The notes under the pieces were generated by a model. That model searched no databases. It worked only from the letters and a program-made list of their open reading frames with translations, and had not been told where the DNA came from. Source: Bugula neritina (taxonomy: Eukaryota; Animalia; Bryozoa). Taken from it: a stretch of 64,000 nt of DNA. The stretch lies in assembly GCA_964035545.1 (NCBI GenBank), contig OZ037773.1, positions 9,453,751 through 9,517,750 on the forward strand, read 5' to 3'. This document shows, piece by piece, positions 17,096 through 30,633 of the stretch (position 1 is its first letter; each line of letters opens with the position of its first letter). The position numbers and the translations under genes were made by a program.

Positions 17096-17984
17096 GGTCA
17101 AATGTGATACACATACTGCAGTCAGAATTCTAATGCATGGATTGTTAAGATATTTGCTCAGTTAATTGTAGATAGTCAACTACCCGTGACTTGATAAATG
17201 AGCCACATGTTTTATTTAAACTTACTGGTGATTTACAAGTTGTTAATCTTCTTTACAAATTGGCCTGCATCACCCTACTTGATGACCTAACTGCTTATTA
17301 TAGGTAAAACACACAAGTTTCTATCATGCAACACAGTTCTTTGGAAAATCATCCACCAATAATCTAACCACTATCACTAATCACAGTATACAATGCGCAG
17401 CTTTCTAGCAGCATTTTGTATCTACAAGGAACAATTCTTTTACTCAAACAGATCTGAAGTTGTCTTGCATACACTTGTTAAACTAAATATATAATATTTA
17501 TACATCTTAAACTTGAAATGTAATATTTATACATCTTAAACTGGACATGTGATATTTATATATAATATCTAAAACTAAGCATTGTATACTCTAAATATTC
17601 ACACAAATGTATTTGAATTGTCTGAACAATTGGTGAAATCTTTTATTTACTAATTCAATAGATCGTTACCTCAAATTATATGTATAAGTAATTTAATATC
17701 ATTTGCATTTTGAAATAAAATTTCTTAAAAATCTCATTTTCAATAAATTATGTTTTTACGTAGAAAAATTTAGTCTGCAATAAAACCTATGTTGAAAGAC
17801 AATCAGCATAAGCGCATATATGCAAAGAATGAAAACGGAGGTAATCGGTTTTAGCATAATATATGTACAAAGTCAGTATGCTACCATCTATGTACAACTT
17901 TAAAGGTCATGAATGGCATCAAATCTGAAGTGACTGAGATCCAGTTTAATCTGAGTCAACAAAGTCAGCATGCTGCCGTCTGGT

Positions 17985-20900
17985 CTAACCAGAGTCTAAC
18001 TCATCCGAGACTATCAGATTTATCTTCTCTTCTTCTGCTAGTCTAAAGTTGCTTTCTTGTTTCACTTTATTTTCCTTATACTCAATTATCATTATGATAA
18101 ATGAAACCAGCCCACTGGATATGATTGCTCCAGCTGTGATGTATACTCCTACATTCAGTCCAAATATATCCTGAATACAACCTACAAAATAGAAAGTAAT
18201 TATGTTGAATAAATAAAATGATATGAAGTTGCATATAACATAATTATGTAGTTTTTGTGTAGATGTATTGGCTGGACTGAAATACTTAGACGAGAAATTT
18301 ACTTGTCAACAATATCATATGGTGATAGAATATAATAAATAGACATGCATACTATAACTCTGTAAGAAATGATGCTTTGGCTAGGTATGATTATGAAATC
18401 AAATGAATAGCTGGGAAGCTTGTGAATATAGTCCAAAGCTGGGGAATTAATGCAAAGTTTAGTGCTAAGGCCACCAAGTGTTACAATGATGCAAACACTG
18501 TCACTTATACTTGTTGGGATTTTAGTTAATTGCCTAGCATGAAGTATTGCCACATTACTTTTTTTCACTAAACCACACCAGCCTCCTAATATAAATAATA
18601 GTTTCGGGTTCATTTTGCATGCATAACTTGCTTTTAAAAGAGTAGAAGTAGAATATATAGAATAGCACAGGCTCTATTTACAGGTTCCTTTGTAGCTGCA
18701 TAGTTGATAGCAATAAGACAATTTATATGACTGGAAAACTACCAGCATATGCTACACCCTTATTCTTCTTTTAAGTAGGAGGTAAGAAAGTTCATAACTT
18801 ATTGAGAAGGCCATGAAAAGTATTGAATGTAAATCATTCTCCCCTCCCCTCCCTCATAAAATGAGGAGCTTTATATGACTAAAGCTGTTAGAAAATGCCA
18901 TGCAAGGGCAAATTACTATATAACTGTGAAGGTCACTTTTATTAAAAGAAGTGTAAATAAACGGAAGTACAGTTCTCTGTAGATAAATTAGATTCTTAAG
19001 TTGCACTAATAATCAGCAAAATTAATATAAAAGTGTACAATAGGTACTATATTATTTTATTTTGTCCAAATCAAGCAGTTATTAATAGTTTGATGTGAAA
19101 ATCGTTACAAACTAATGGGATTGACCCTTGTATTCTCATGGATTAGACATGTATTGAGAGTTGTCACTCACTGGTTATTGGAGCTCCACCAAAGCTGGCA
19201 AAGGCTTGTAGAAATTGTTCCACGGCAAAGACTATCAGCATGTTCTTAGCTCCGCCCAGTTTATTAGCTACTGTCATCATATTGGCCATTACAATGCCGT
19301 GTGTTAGCCCAAACACGCCCATCATTATGTAATATGTTACCTGTACTCCAGATCAAATACACAAAGTATAATAATTATAGTATATGCTAATAATATAACA
19401 TATACAGCTAATATAATGTAATATAGGTTAATATTATAGTATATAATACTAATATAATATTTGCTAGTATTACAATGCATATAATGTTAATATATAATAT
19501 ATGAGGCCGTCTTTGAAAGAAAAAGGTTTGTGTCTCTGGCATAAAGTTTTTGGCAGGTTTATGAATTTTAAAGTGAAGTTGTTTCATGCATGAAGATTTT
19601 CAGTGCACTAATGTGTATGAATATGCGACATTAACCAAATCAGTGTTGACCTCATATGAATCATATAGACTGTATTATAAATAGCTTTAAGTTAGTCTTA
19701 GTCAACAGATTTCCAGGCAGTTTCAAAGGTTACCAAGATTGTTATATCACACAGGTATGACTGTCAATATACTAGCTTGAGTACCACAGGATTAAAAGCT
19801 AGTCTCCAACAGAATTTTTGCAGTGAGTTCATGCATCACCTTAAATATTAACACTTGCCTCACTTTCTGCTGCTGTTATGCAGGCTATAGCTGACCCCCC
19901 AACAATAGGAGGCAGCGCATGAGGCAACACTCTGTTGAACTCTACCAAAGACAGGGCAATCATAAGGAATACCCCAAATATAGCAGCAATGCCATATATT
20001 GACCCTCCCACTGAGGTATTCTCTAATGTCAGCTGTTTCTCTGATATTACGTAATGTGGAATCAGGGCGTAGAAACCTGCCATTCCAAACTTTTTAAGAC
20101 CTCCAGAGACAGCAAAACACCAGACCTACAAGTGAATGGGATTTATTTAGCTACATGTATAATATATAAATTTATCTGAAGACCAGTGATACTAGGTAAT
20201 GTATATTATTACACACTCCACTTATGATTATATGAGTGTGCCTGTAGCATTCGTGTAGTCAGAAGCATAATATTATTTTGAGAAACCTTAGCTTTCAGAA
20301 ACATGTTTCTAGCACTCGGTATATGTAGAATGCTGGTAGCTCATAATGCATTTTAACTCTCTGATAACAGCAAAATTAAATTGCTTATTGCAGCTTGGAA
20401 TCATTGGCTTCAAAAACTATTTAACAAAAAATATCTGTGCTTTTCATCAATATTTTTGGCTATTAAAAGTGCAGACCTCCAATTATTATGTTTCAATATA
20501 ATCACCTTGGAATCTGTCAATACTTCTTTTACATCATTCCACACTGATGTTTTCACCTTGTGCCCTTTCTTACTTAGCACTGTCTTCTCTTTATGTGATT
20601 TATCAGTGAATATGATAGCAGATACAATGTTAATACAGAAAGCTGGACTTAGCAAGAGGAATGTCTGTTGGAAAGTGAAGTTGGTGAAGAGATAGTTAGC
20701 AGTGGCTGGAGTAGAAGCTATCCCGATGTATGATCCGCACATAATTGCACAGAGAGCAAAGTTAATCTGGTCATTACTGAAGTGCTGTCTGACTATCCCA
20801 GAGGCAGCATTTCTTACTAGAGAAACTCCTATTGCTGCCGATATAAAAATAATACAGCTTAGCGCATCAAATCATCAAACCCAGTTTCAAAAATAAAAAA

Positions 20901-22224
20901 AATTTCTATTAATTATAATAATTTTTTGCAGAATAATTTTTAACAATATTCCAACGCTTCAAAAGTTTTATTCTTTTTACCTTATTGACATGCACAGCTA
21001 CCGATTGACAACCGGGATAAATAAATTGCATTGCTATATATACAATAAGTGGTAGCTTTTGGGGAAACTATGTTATGTAATGTTACGTGATAAAAGGAAT
21101 TAATGCAGTTATCCTTGTTTAAAGACATCATGAATTTGTAAGGCTGAGGAAACCATTTCTGATTAAAGTTACTTGAAGCTGACTTTTAGCTGACAGAATA
21201 TATCTGGTCTACCTGTATACACGCCATACGTTAGCACGAGCTCCAAATTACTAGTAGCAAGTGAACTGATGCAGACTCCACTGGCAATTACTATTCCACC
21301 CAGTAACTGAAGCGTTCGTAAAGGCAGAACTTTGGTCAAGACAGCAGCTACTGTGGCTACAATTTCAAGTTGAATTGACATTTGAAACAACAATGTGAGT
21401 TGGCTAACATAACTGGTTATCAATTATTATCCAATAAAAATTTGTTATAAAATAAACATATTACATGTTTATATTGATTAAAATTCATGAAATCTACAAG
21501 AGTCAGTAAAAGTTTAATTTAATTTGAATTTTTAAATTCTATTCACTATTTATAGGTGTTTACTAAATTTAATTTGTTACGCTGGAGCAGCTGAGAGATG
21601 ACATTGTTATTAGATAAAAAAGTGCAGGTTTGATATCTAGCTTTGCTCATCTTGTGACAAGATACTTGAGTATAACTTGGCACACACCAAGTGTCAAGTA
21701 TAACTTAATACAAGATGCTTCAAATCTCACACATCAGAAGCACGTATGTGAAATATCTCTGCTTGTTTTACAAAGAATGCATATGTGACTAAAGTATGAA
21801 CCCAAAGATAAGTCACACAGTAACAAGAGGGTTTGAGCGTCCTTACAACAACATTAGACTGACAACAGTTGCTTTTCTTTACCAGAATTAACTTAGGCAA
21901 AGCAACTCCTAGACTACGTAATTGGTTGTTCTTCATGCAACAAACAGCAACCAAATATTAATCTATAAAGTTATAAACTATAATAATCTATAGCAACCAG
22001 ATAGCTTTCTATAACTCACTGGATATCTGCGCAAAGCCGGTATTGAAAGTGGCTGGTAGACTACTCTCTGTAATAGTCAAGTTAAACTGTTGTGAAACTG
22101 CCAGAGTGAGAGAACCAGCAAATCCGTGCGTAAACCCGATACTCAGCGCCAGAGATACAGCGGAAAACACCAGAACTACGTACTTCCATGCCTTAGATTT
22201 AGTAGCTGTACTCCATACAGACAT
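17985..22224 (-). CDS. Monocarboxylate transporter-like MFS permease (SLC16-like), paralog B, 6 exons, 436 aa
   Basis: Exons 22224-22020, 21356-21213, 20834-20506, 20125-19859 (GC donor), 19340-19172, 18181-17985 total 1311 nt. Intron positions and phases match paralog A (exon lengths 205, 144 and 169 are shared), and the peptide is collinear (SKAWKYVVL, VWCFA.SG..KKFGM, FNRVLPH, LGGAKNML.VFAVEQFLQAFAS). Confidence 0.85.
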
Positions 22225-23629
22225 GATAGATCCTTTACACCTTAAGCTTACAACGCATACTAGCAGATGAAAGTATGATTATTCAGTACCATCATTACTG
22301 CTATGTTACCTCATCTATAGTAACAAGTAATATGGGGGCATTTTAGTCACAAGGTACTCCAGTATGCTGAAATGTTGACACACGAAAGTTGGTTGAGGCC
22401 CAAATATCTATATATTGTACAGATTCTTTTTTATTTTACCGAATCTATAATAATATATTATTGTTTTATATTATTAAATTACATTATATATTAACTTATT
22501 ATTTTAAAAGTTTGGAAACTCTTTTAATTTCATTCTAACGACTACTCAACTATTTAAATAATTTTATTATAGCTCAATTATAAACACTGAAAAATTTATA
22601 AAAAATGAGTTATATAGCATTTTTATATAATAACGAGTAATTTTTGGGTATTATCTGAAAAATAATACCATATACTGAGGTTTCATTGACACTAATTTAC
22701 TTATAACACAAAATATTCAAGTATCAAAATTTTTTATAGACTAATATAATGCAAAAGATATAATACAATTTACATGTTATATATTATTTTAAATATAATC
22801 TTACAACTAGTACCTTCATTAAAAATACATAAATGAAAAACTTTTTTTTATTTATTATTTTATTTCTATAAATAATAAAGCAAACTGATATATATTACAT
22901 AATACAATACCTTCCAGTTGCTGGGTTAACCTACAATGCACTGACCACGGTATCCATTCATGCTTTGAGCTTGTGATTTGTCAAATTCTTTGCATTGTAA
23001 AAAGATAAATTAGTTGTATGATGTCGTGCCAGGAGACTATACTAAATATATCACATACTATACTATGTATAAATTATTCATTCATTACCACATATTATAA
23101 TATATAGCATGCTATACGCTATATTGTATTACATTAAAACTATACCTTAAGTATAAAAATAATCATATTATTTTACAGGGACAACAAGACACATTACGGT
23201 TTAGGGAAAAAGTCCAAAAACTATTTTGTGGTCTGTCAGCTGTTAAAGACAAGATATTCAGTGCCCTATTTTTAGAAGGCATTGAGTTTATAACAGAAAA
23301 GGTAGCTTGTAGAATTCTAAAAGGCCCTGATGAATACAATAAAGGGTCCAATTGTAGTGTTATGCGTTTAATTAGAACAATGAATTACACCTTTTGTCAC
23401 AGGTACGAACTGCTGGGCACACTCAATGGCATTAGGATTGTCAGCTAAACAATAGCCTGCGTTCTATTAACTCTGCACAGTTTACTGTGTCTTAGCAACA
23501 CCGTATCAAACTACATAAGCTTGTACCAAAGGGACTTTTGCTATATAAATTTATGCAATATCAAAAGCTTCGGTCATGCATTGTGTTTATTTTTGTAGTA
23601 ATTGATATACACTTTAATGCAGTAGAGTA

Positions 23630-23790
23630 GTCTGGTATAATGCATTATAGTATAGTAGATTGTATAGTATCTTATAGTATAGTATCTATAGCACAGTATG
23701 GTATAGTGTAGTATAGCATAGTATATGGTATAGTTTAGTCTATTATAATACAGTATATCATATGCTATAGTATAGTATACTATAGCATAG
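23630..23790. repeat. Degenerate (TAGTA)n pentamer repeat
   Basis: Direct inspection. Confidence 0.75.
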
Positions 23791-25198
23791 GCTAGTAGGT
23801 ACATAATTGATTAGCTGCAGACTATAAAGGAGCTGCCAATTATACTAAAATCTCTTCAATGGCAAAAGCTGGGACTTGAAGGTAAGATAAATTGTAATTC
23901 ACTCATTGTAATGTAGCAGTTTATGCACTGCATATTGATGGTTTCTTGTTGCATTATAAATTAAACATTGTCAAAAAATGAATTTTAATAATTAGCCAAA
24001 GACATTTCATAGAGATTATAAATTATTTTAAATATTTATTATTTTACGGAAGTCCAAGAGATCAGGTATTTTAGGGTCACTTGTTTAGGTATCTTGAGTC
24101 AACTGTTCACAGTGAATACAAATAACGCTGCAAATTAGCACTTAGCTGCCAGTTGCTATATACAACTGCTGCCGTCACTAGGTGCTGCCAACTTTAACTT
24201 GCAACTGCTGCTTTTACCTTAATAATGATAATTATTTATTTTCCTGTCTATTAGAGACTCTATTGATTATTAGGCCGGGCTTGAGTGGACATCATATATA
24301 ATAGCAGCTCTTCATGCTTGCACTGATACTATTGAACAGTTCAATATAGCAGCAGGTAAGTAGAGCAGTAGTAATATGTAATATAGAGTATATTCTATAC
24401 ATGTTGTAGTAAGATATAATATATATACAGCATATGTTGTACTAATATATAATATATATCCTACGTGTTGTAGTAAGATAGGATATATATACAGCATATA
24501 TAATATGTTCCAGTAATATATAATATATATCCAAAATGATGTAGTAATTTATAATATATATACAATCTGATGTAGTAATAATATATAATATATAATATGT
24601 ATCCTGATACAGTAATATATAATATAGTACTATAATATATACAATTTATTTATCTAAGGAGTAGAGGCAGTTTTGATACTTGTGGTAATTTGACAGAGTT
24701 AGTAATATATGCAGGTGGCAAATACATTAGTTTATTCACAATGAAAATTTAGTGAGCAGGTTTTCTATTTTGTTGCTAATTCTTTCGGGCTCACAGATGT
24801 TAGATCAAAGCTCATAATAATTACATAAGTAGATTTGTTATAAAGTATTTATTTGTTTACTTCTTGTATGTCTTCAAGTGTTTATAATCCACAGCAACTA
24901 CGTCTATATTTACACAATGAAACTTTATGTTATGAGCTCAGACTTCAAAAGTCAAAGTAAAAGGCTGAGCTTATTTAAGAAATGAAAGTGAATTTGATAC
25001 AATTGTGTATACTATAGCACTAGCGATTTGCTTTTATATTTTCGAATCACATTTTGACATTTTGACTTAACTAAATATGAATTTAGTATTACGTCTAGAA
25101 TTACTTCTCATAGCAAATATATTTTAGGCTTAGATTTAGTTTTGTAAAGTATAGTTATAATTTTTAATTTTTTATATAACTTTATTGTGCAATGTGCT

Positions 25199-25229
<31 letters not shown>

Positions 25230-25233
25230 GTGC

Positions 25234-25267
<34 letters not shown>
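25199..25267. repeat. (TG)n microsatellite
   Basis: Direct inspection. Confidence 0.95.
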
Positions 25268-28200
25268 ATGACAGGGCTGGTTGATAAATTCATGCTGCCG
25301 ACAGCATTGCTATTAGAATCCCGTAAACCCAGACAAGACCTATAAGGACACACATGCTTAGCAATGTAGCCTTACTAAAACATATGTTATGCATGCCTTA
25401 CAGGAGAGAAAATTGATTTTCCGTTGTAAAATTTCTGATCACATATAGTCTAGGTACAGCGTAGTAGAATGGTATATATTACATTCTATTAGTTGTGTTG
25501 TGACACAGAGTAGCACTGACTAGCTAATTATACTAATCACTTGCAATGTCTTGAGTGGGTGCACAGTTTCCGAGTGTTTAGAGCTGGACACGACAGCAGC
25601 AGCTCTCCAGTAATTACTTGAGTAACCTAACTTGCTCAAACCATCATTTAGGCTAATTTTATCTTTGCTTTAAAAGTTGAGTCTTTTTTTAAAAGGAGGT
25701 AATCTCATTAATAGAGCTAAACTAATTTTTTATTCACATCAACTTTATGTTTCATTCTTACTGAACTTTCAAATCAGAAATAGGTAAGGTGAAAATATCA
25801 TAAATCTAATATAATATCAGTTCTCTCCAATTTGTTCTTTTGTATGTTCGGAGTTTAAGCAAACTATTTCAGCTCAAGTTTATACTAGTTTTAGAAAATG
25901 CATAGACTTCATAATGAGTTTTATGTAATAGTTTAGTGAATGGCTGAATTGTGAAGTGAAGGCTGGACATCTAAGACTTTTCTGTAGGAATATTTTCTAA
26001 ATCTCCAAGTTGTATAATTTATTTGCATAACCGATAACAAATAGTGTTTGCTTTCATTTCGAAGTATTTCACTACCTAATTTTCACTTCTGTTTAAACAA
26101 AATAATATAAACAAACCTTTGTGCAACAAATAATTGCATAAAAGCTTTATTCAGTAAAACATTTCAATCAGAAACAAAAAGTAAAACGTCATTTTTGCTT
26201 GCAAGATCAAAGGTTGGAATAGCCAATATGCGTGATTTCGTGGAATAGGCTGTAGTGCACAGGTTACAGTCTCAGGGGTCAATTGGTGCAACTCGGCATC
26301 AGCTCATGCTGCTGATAATAATTCAGGTACGAAATTATCGAAACGATTCACAATCAATATTTCATTCACAAGAGTGTTAGCACAGCTTATTATAGGTGTG
26401 TTATAGTGGAAAGTTTAAAATGCAAAAGATTTTACTCAATGTTGGTCATTTAATTTCATTTTGACATTTAATCCACTATTTATGAAGATAAGACAAATTT
26501 TTAGCTAACTTTTTAAGTTATTGAAGTGCTCTAGCTCAGATTTTCATTAAAGAATCTTGCACTTTATTTTTAAAAGTTGAGTTTAAAAAGTTATCAATTA
26601 AACATAATCAGAATTTTAATGTTCATATGTATTTTATAAAAACTAGAAAAGATTTTTCATTAACCAGCTATTGCAATCCTTTTTAAATATTGAGATAAAG
26701 TGAAATTTGACATAAAAATAGTAATATCGATGCAGCAAATTTTAGTAACCTTTTGGCCAAATTGAATGTTTTTAATACAAAGATATGACAGATTTGGTCA
26801 CTTTTGTATGACATTTAATTTGAATAATTTATGCAACACATGTAAAGACATATTATATATATTCAAATTTTGTAGTAAAATTAATCATTATTATAGAATA
26901 CTTTTTCCTTACATGCAATTAGCATCACTATACAGTGTTATATAAGTGCAAAAGTTTGATTTGAAGCTTTATATAATGAGCAAAATATTACTATTCTAGA
27001 AGATTATATAGGCTAGATTTAATGTATATAGAAAAATTACAGTGTGTAAACGTAACCTAATATACTATATATAATATTTTTACATTTTATTATAGCTCAT
27101 TCAATGTATACAAGCATTATATACTGCATATATAAGTAACATTTATAAATTTATAAATTACTAGTAGCTTTGACAACAAAATGGTCTCCCGGTACATTTA
27201 TATGGCTTTTGTTTTTAATCCAGCTTGAATTGAAACCTCTTGCATTTGTTTTACTAATTATACGCCTTGTCTTCAAGTTAGTATATAAGATTATATATCC
27301 CTTACAAAGAACAATAAATTTTTGTAGAACAAACTATGTAGCAAGAGTTCTTGAAAATTTACTCTGGAGTATGGGGCGTTGTGAATGGCAGCCTGCAACT
27401 TAGAACACCTAGTAAAGGTTCTGCACACAAACTAAGGATGGGTAATCAGGCTTTATGCTGCTCTGGGCAGAAAACTCCACCAAAGAGAAAATTCAGACCT
27501 CCAACACTTGGAGTGGAAGGGGCAGATGGTAAGCCACCCTCAAAATATGTATTACATTTGAGTACTCAGCAGGCAAATAATGTTTTATAATAATGCATGC
27601 ATTTTCATTAATTAATTGAATAGAAATTTAAGAATGATATTGAATAGAAGAGCCTATCTTACCTTTTCAATTTTCAATTCAATTATTCAATCATTTATCA
27701 ATAAGTAATTCCATCATAAATTGAATAAATTAAATTAGTTTAGGCGTTAATTTTAGTAAAAACCTTACCAGCAATAATTTTGAATTATAATTCTATAATA
27801 ATATATAAAAAAGGAAAATAATTTCATACAAAATGCAATATTGATTAAAAGTAATTTAAAAATTATAAAAGCGGTTGCATAAGAATATATTATGAAGTAT
27901 TTCAATGCGTATATTGAGTGCTCAAATACTATAAAGTTCAACTATAGCTAAGTCAAGCAAATAAATAACCAAACTCAATAGGTCATACAGTTTAAGGAAG
28001 TTCCCTGGATGCATGTAATCGAGTGAAAATAAGTCAGCAATACTATTATGAAATAATTACTCTCTGATACACTAACTATACCACTGCAGTTATAAATTTG
28101 TTGTTTATAAATTTACAAAAACAGCATAAACAATAAGCTATATAGCACTAAATTATAATTATAACTTTCTTAAATTTGTTCAAAAAATTGAATATAATAT

Positions 28201-30633
28201 AGCATATAATAGAAATAGATAATAAGGATGCATGCATATTATATGGAGTTTTCCCCCTCACATTACCGTTGTGCTCATGAGTCAGTGATTTCTCAGTGAT
28301 GCTGCAGGCTTTCTTTGCAGCTGCTGACAAAAACAGATAGGCTACAATCAACCAAGCAAATATTTAAGTTTTTAGGTTCAACATGCAACTAAAAAATCAT
28401 TAATGTCATATATTAGTTTCCAATGTTATATATTATATTAGCAATGTAATGTATATTAGTAATAATATGTTATTATAACTATTATAATGGTTACCCTATA
28501 AACTGCCAATAAATAACAACATGTAGTAACACAATGACATCATTAAATAAACCATAATTATTATGCTATTGCATATTTAAAATAGTTTAGAAATTAATCA
28601 TTTAAGTCATTATACATTATTATATATTATTATACATTTATACATTATTATACATTCATAAAGTAAAGCGAATGGCTTGGTTTTAGTCATTTTTTGTTAT
28701 ACAAAAAATAATTGCAGTTTCTTTAATTTAGGGCCTAAAACCCACAATCTGATTTATATTATAAATTGTCTAGCAAATGAGTTGCTAGTTGTAATTAAAG
28801 CACTGGTGGCAGTGGGTTTTGATAAATTAATTTAATTCTTTATGTTGATTAGGTTTGCCCTTTATACTGTTAATTCAACAGCTGTTAGCACAATTAGTCA
28901 AAGTATGTTAATTCAGCAGCACTATAGTTATTTATAGAAAGCACCAGCTAGTCCAATAGTATAGCTTTGCAGTCAAAAAACAAATAGACTATAATGTATT
29001 TTTCACTTGCAATAATGGAATATGATGCTATTTAAATTTTTTAAATTTTCTTACTTACCTGAACAATTATATTCCTTTGATCAATTTACATGAGCATTGG
29101 ATAATAAAATGCAGGCATAATTACTGCAGCATTCATAAACATTGTCTGTAAATAGTAACTAATGCACAGTTTGGCTTACTATTTGCACTCCACAATCAAT
29201 ACACAGTTCAAACTTGTGTTTAGTTGTCCACATGGGACAATAAAATACGGCCTATCAATGACAACAAACATACGCTCTAATGCAGCATAGCTGTCTTCTA
29301 TGCTGCCTGTTAATTGCTGCTCTGTGCTTTCTACCTGAGGCATCACCTGTTGGTTTTGTCTATAGACTTTTCTGATGTTTTCATCACTAAAGCAACAGCA
29401 GCAGCAGCCGAACAATGAGGGTAGCCTGTAATACTGGTTTAGTATTTACAGCTGCAAGTTGATATTTTATTATTCCTGTTTACAACTTTGGATAAATTTA
29501 TTTAATGGCCCAGACTAGAGTTCCATTTAAAGCAAGAGAATAATAACTTTAAAGGTAAGTGTTACTCTTTATAGTTATTATATAGTCACTGCAACATATT
29601 AGTGGAAAACATGAATAAGTTGCTGGAAAATGAAAATATTGAAACTCAAGCACAGCCTTTAAGTTGCTGTGGTATCTGTAGCAGTTTCACATGTATATGG
29701 TGTACTCTGCAGATGATAAGGCTAAAATAAACCGTAGCTTAATTGTTAGCTGACATAGACTTGAAAGAAATTTAAATATTTTGGTTGCTTTCTAAAGCAT
29801 TTTACATCAAAAGACTGATTATGCTGGTATCATTTAAAAATGTTATAATGTTTTTATTGAACTCCGTTATGGTGCGTAGTTTAGCAGCTAGATCTATATA
29901 TCACACATAGCAACACTTATAATTTATCTGCTACTTGAAAATAGTTGTAGCCTTGTACCAGCATGGAGATTGTCATTCAATGGGTGGATAGGAAATACCA
30001 CAATAAAGAGATACACTGTTCCTGCGAATCTCTGCTAACTACTCATGCATAAAAAAACTATAAATTGATTCATAATTCATGTCAAAAAAGCCATAAATCA
30101 TGATTTCAGCTGTTAGTTTAGAATCAAACACTTGACCTTAGATTCTAGGGGTGTCCATGTACGCCTACCAAACAATTCTGCAACTTCACTGCATAATCAG
30201 TGAAGCAGAATTTTTATAGCATTACTCAATCTTTCTCCCACAAGTGAAAATACCAAAAGCTAGTAGCCAAATTATACATAGTGATAGTAACATGTGTAGT
30301 GGAGGATAGCTGTTCCACTAACTCAGCTTACATAAATGTGAATAACAGGAAACAACAATTGTATTATTTTTATTATTAGTAGTATACTTGCTGTAAGTAG
30401 GATAGGGTTAGTACTGGATAACTAGCTAATTACTCAATCTGATAACACACTCACTCAGCTCTCTGATCAGATAAACTCAGTCTGATTACCAAGAAAGGAC
30501 TCCATTTAGATTGTGCTGCCTGAACACAAAGGATTAATGCTAGAAGTTATACACAATGGATTAATTCTGTGAGGATATTACAGCAAGACTGTTAGGATAT
30601 TACAGTGAGACTGTGAGGATAGTACAGCGAGAC

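Noticed and set aside
29179-29415. 78-aa ORF with a CCCCC tract
   Set aside because: It starts at TTG, the Cys tract comes from a short (GCA)n run, and I could not splice it into a coherent protein.
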